DNA from: an uncultured Amphritea sp.
Lineage (GTDB): Bacteria; Pseudomonadota; Gammaproteobacteria; Pseudomonadales; Balneatricaceae
Direction: 5' to 3'
Length of the DNA stretch: 64,000 nt
Assembly: GCF_937127095.1 (NCBI RefSeq)
Contig: NZ_CAKZLP010000059.1
Span: 1,128 to 65,127, forward strand
Part shown: in pieces, positions 60,101 to 64,000 of the stretch
How the letters are laid out: the number at the start of each line of letters is the position of its first letter
Numbering within the stretch: position 1 is the first letter of the stretch
Translations under genes and position numbers: made by a program
The notes under the pieces: generated by a model
What the model was told of the DNA's origin: nothing
Database searches by the model: none
What the model saw: the letters and a program-made list of their open reading frames with translations, nothing else

Positions 60101-60121
60101 GTGACTGAACGGTCTATACTG

Positions 60122-60151
60122 AAACGGAGCGTCTTCCATGACGCTCCGTTT
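60122..60151 (+). terminator. Terminator hairpin
   Basis: AAACGGAGCGTC-ttccat-GACGCTCCGTTT. Confidence 0.75.
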
Positions 60152-60389
60152 CTGTCTGTATTGAGCCTTTCTGGTGGAACTTTTTTATACCCGGCTTTTC
60201 ATATTGTTTGAGTGAAGGTCCCTGATAACCTCCTGTGCGTATAATCTTGTCTGAGATCATCCTTTGTCGTGGGGAATATAGCTGAAATTTACCCGCAGAT
60301 CGGGTAGCATACGCACCCTTTTGTCAGCCGGGTGTCGGTTTATGCGTCCGCTTGAGTTACATAAACGAGTTTCAGGTTAACGTTTTTCT

Positions 60390-61466
60390 ATGCAGGTTAA
60401 AGATTTCCATTTTGATCTTCCCGACGATTTGATTGCCCGCTATCCATTGGAAAAACGCAGCGACAGCCGTTTATTCTGTGTGGATGGTAATAGCGGCGAG
60501 TTTCAGCATCGACAGTTTTTCGAGGTGCTGGATCTGCTTGAGCCCGGCGATCTGGTGGTGTTTAACAACACCCGGGTAATTCCTGCGCGGATGTTCGGTG
60601 AGAAATCTTCCGGCGGTAAGATTGAAGTATTGATAGAACGTGTGCTGGATGAGCGTTCCGCCCTGGCGCATATCCGTTCCAGCCGGTCACCTAAGCCGGG
60701 TGCTGAACTGACCATGGATGGCGGCCTCAAGGCCACCATGGTCGCCCGTCATGATGACCTGTTTGAGCTTGAGTTTGATCTGCCAGAAGGCCATCTGATT
60801 GAAGCCTTAGAGCAGTTCGGACACATGCCGCTGCCGCCTTATATGAAGCGCGAAGATGAACTTTTCGACCGCGAACGCTATCAGACCGTATATAACGAAA
60901 AGCCGGGCGCGGTGGCTGCGCCGACGGCTGGTCTGCATTTTGATGCTGCTTTGCTGAGTAAGCTGGAAGAGAAGGGGGTTAATAAAGCTTTTGTTACCCT
61001 GCATGTGGGCGCGGGCACCTTTCGTCCGGTCAAAGTCGACAATATTCAGGATCATAAAATGCATGCTGAATATATCGAGGTGCCAGAAAATGTTTGTCAG
61101 GCGGTAAGAGATACGAAAGCACGGGGTAAACGGGTGCTGGCGGTGGGAACAACCTCGGTACGCTGTCTGGAAACCGCCAGTAAATCCGGCGATATAGAAC
61201 CGTTTTTTGGTGATACGGATATTTTTATCTTCCCAGGCTATGAGTTTCGTACCGTGGACTTGCTGATCACCAACTTCCATCTGCCTGAGTCCACCCTGCT
61301 GATGCTGGTGTCAGCGTTTGCCGGTTATGAGCATATGATGGCGGCCTATACAGAGGCTGTAGAGCAGCGGTATCGCTTCTTTAGTTATGGCGATGCGATG
61401 TTTTTGTCGAAAAAGACCGATAGCAATGTGACCGGGTTAACCGAAAAAACAGTGACTAGCCTTTAA
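60390..61466 (+). CDS. queA: S-adenosylmethionine:tRNA ribosyltransferase-isomerase
   Basis: [44 protein letters not shown]. Confidence 0.97.
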   Translation: MQVKDFHFDLPDDLIARYPLEKRSDSRLFCVDGNSGEFQHRQFFEVLDLLEPGDLVVFNNTRVIPARMFGEKSSGGKIEVLIERVLDERSALAHIRSSRSPKPGAELTMDGGLKATMVARHDDLFELEFDLPEGHLIEALEQFGHMPLPPYMKREDELFDRERYQTVYNEKPGAVAAPTAGLHFDAALLSKLEEKGVNKAFVTLHVGAGTFRPVKVDNIQDHKMHAEYIEVPENVCQAVRDTKARGKRVLAVGTTSVRCLETASKSGDIEPFFGDTDIFIFPGYEFRTVDLLITNFHLPESTLLMLVSAFAGYEHMMAAYTEAVEQRYRFFSYGDAMFLSKKTDSNVTGLTEKTVTSL

Positions 61467-61523
61467 TTTATTTTATTCAGCCTTATATAGGGAGAAGATC
61501 GCAACTCCCCAGGCGAAACCTGA

Positions 61524-62693
<1,170 letters not shown>

Positions 62694-62734
62694 TTTTAAA
62701 TTTTTGATTTTATTAAATATTAGGAGAAGCCTTA

Positions 62735-63070
62735 ATGAGCTTTTTAATCGCTACAGCTGAAGCTGCAGATGCTGCCGCACCGGGTGGTTTAGATCCAAGC
62801 ATGTTCAACCTGATTTTTCTGGTTGGCTTCGGTGTTATTTTTTATATGTTCATGTGGCGCCCACAAGCCAAACGAGCTAAAGAGCATAAAGCATTGCTGA
62901 GCGGACTGAGCAAAGGTGATGAAGTGATCACCGCAGGTGGACTGATCGGCAAAGTGGCTCGTCTGAATGATGACTACATCGTACTGAGCGTAAATGACAC
63001 AACTGAGCTGACTTTTCAGAAGACTCATGTGAGCGCTGCGCTGCCAAAAGGCACCATTAAGCAGATCTAG
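62735..63070 (+). CDS. yajC: Preprotein translocase subunit YajC
   Basis: MWRPQAKRAKEH, KGDEVITAGG. Confidence 0.96.
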   Translation: MSFLIATAEAADAAAPGGLDPSMFNLIFLVGFGVIFYMFMWRPQAKRAKEHKALLSGLSKGDEVITAGGLIGKVARLNDDYIVLSVNDTTELTFQKTHVSAALPKGTIKQI

Positions 63071-63085
63071 TAACCAACCCATATC

Positions 63086-63111
63086 AAAACGCCACTATAG
63101 TGGCGTTTTTT
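63086..63111 (+). terminator. Terminator hairpin between yajC and secD
   Basis: AAAACGCCACTA/TAGTGGCGTTTT followed by T. Confidence 0.65.
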
Positions 63112-63255
63112 AAATGTGGTGGAACAATGTCTGTTATTAGTAGGCGTTGTTCTTTTAACTGTTTAAATCTAAACAATGGTGCCCGGTCGGAAGTGCGCGT
63201 TTTTTTGCTAGAAAACGTTTGCTCAGATGTCCGGGCTAGTTAGGGACAGAGCGCC

Positions 63256-64000
63256 ATGCTCAATAAATATCCACTGTGGAAAAATGCGCTGATCGTGCTG
63301 GTATTGCTGATCGGTGGCATCTACGCCGCGCCCAACCTTTTTCCAGACGATTATGCTGTTCAGCTTTCCGGTAGCCGGGAATCGAATATTGTTAACCAGC
63401 CGCTGCTGGATCAGGTGAAACAGGCTTTGCAACAGGCTGATATCAGCGTTAAAGGTGAAGAGCTGACTGATAACGGCGGATTGTTACGCTTTAAGGACAG
63501 TCGTACTCAGCTTGAAGCGAAAGAGATTATCAGTCAGACGCTGAAAGAGGACTATGTCGTGGCCCTCAACCTGGCGCCCACGACGCCGGAATGGCTGCGC
63601 TCTCTGGGAGCCGGGCCGATGAAACTGGGTCTTGATCTGCGCGGTGGTGTGCACTTCCTGCTGGAGGTGGATATGGTGTCTGCGGTGGCTCAGCGTCTGG
63701 ATGTCTATGTCAGCGAGATTAAAACCAAACTGCGGACCGATAAGCTGCGTTATCGCTCCGTTGAACACCGTGAAGATGGCAGTCTTGAACTGAAATTTTC
63801 CGCTGCGGACGCGCGTGATCAGGCCGCTACTCTGCTGCGTAAAGATTATTCCGAATTTATTATCAATACCGAAGATCTGGATGGCGCGTTCTACCTCACC
63901 ATTAATCTGCTGGAAAGCAAGATCCGTGAGATCGAAGACTACGCCATCAAGCAGAATCTGACGACCCTGCGTAACCGGGTGAATGAGCTGGGTGTTGCAG
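63256..64000 (+). CDS. secD: Protein translocase subunit SecD (3'-truncated; not in the ORF track)
   Basis: MLNKYPLWK, YAAPNLF, MKLGLDLRGGVHFLLEVDM, QNLTTLRNRVNELGVA. Confidence 0.96.
   Translation, partial: MLNKYPLWKNALIVLVLLIGGIYAAPNLFPDDYAVQLSGSRESNIVNQPLLDQVKQALQQADISVKGEELTDNGGLLRFKDSRTQLEAKEIISQTLKEDYVVALNLAPTTPEWLRSLGAGPMKLGLDLRGGVHFLLEVDMVSAVAQRLDVYVSEIKTKLRTDKLRYRSVEHREDGSLELKFSAADARDQAATLLRKDYSEFIINTEDLDGAFYLTINLLESKIREIEDYAIKQNLTTLRNRVNELGVA

Overview
64 kb of chromosome from a gammaproteobacterium; gene content and order suggest a marine Oceanospirillales-like organism (inference). (1) 1.55-13.4 kb is a tightly coupled 7-gene operon: DapF-like racemase/epimerase with altered substrate-site residues, MFS transporter, uncharacterised 524-aa protein with faint BshC-like motifs, two paralogous periplasmic binding proteins with no ABC permease/ATPase, Cache hybrid histidine kinase, and REC-PAS-GGDEF-EAL. 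This is the best candidate for an undescribed system that makes, exports and senses a small molecule. (2) 13.6-30.9 kb holds a decaying PepSY-RR-HK locus, formaldehyde detoxification (frmA/fghA), an MCP, a gluconate TRAP/GntK/GntR locus with operators, and a TTC38-like/LysR/orphan DctP cluster. (3) 31.2-37.4 kb is a toxin-antitoxin hotspot: wHTH + frameshifted nucleotidyltransferase, SelO, ParDE-like pair, RES remnant, and a Panacea TA cassette bounded by inverted repeats. It ends in a decayed tRNA-Leu copy and a five-hairpin element. (4) 37416-50703 is a 13.3-kb element integrated in tRNA-Leu(CAA), with 17-bp att repeats, matching arm-type repeats and an IHF site. It carries a tyrosine integrase, two serine recombinases, a Type I R-M system + M48 protein, a GIY-YIG-like ORF and a HEPN-like ORF. 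(5) 50.7-64 kb is core-like: tRNA-Leu, fpr/finR, VWA-HK-RR, trhO, a two-gene heme module, and queA-tgt-yajC-secD (truncated). All family calls come from motifs read by eye; no database searches were run.
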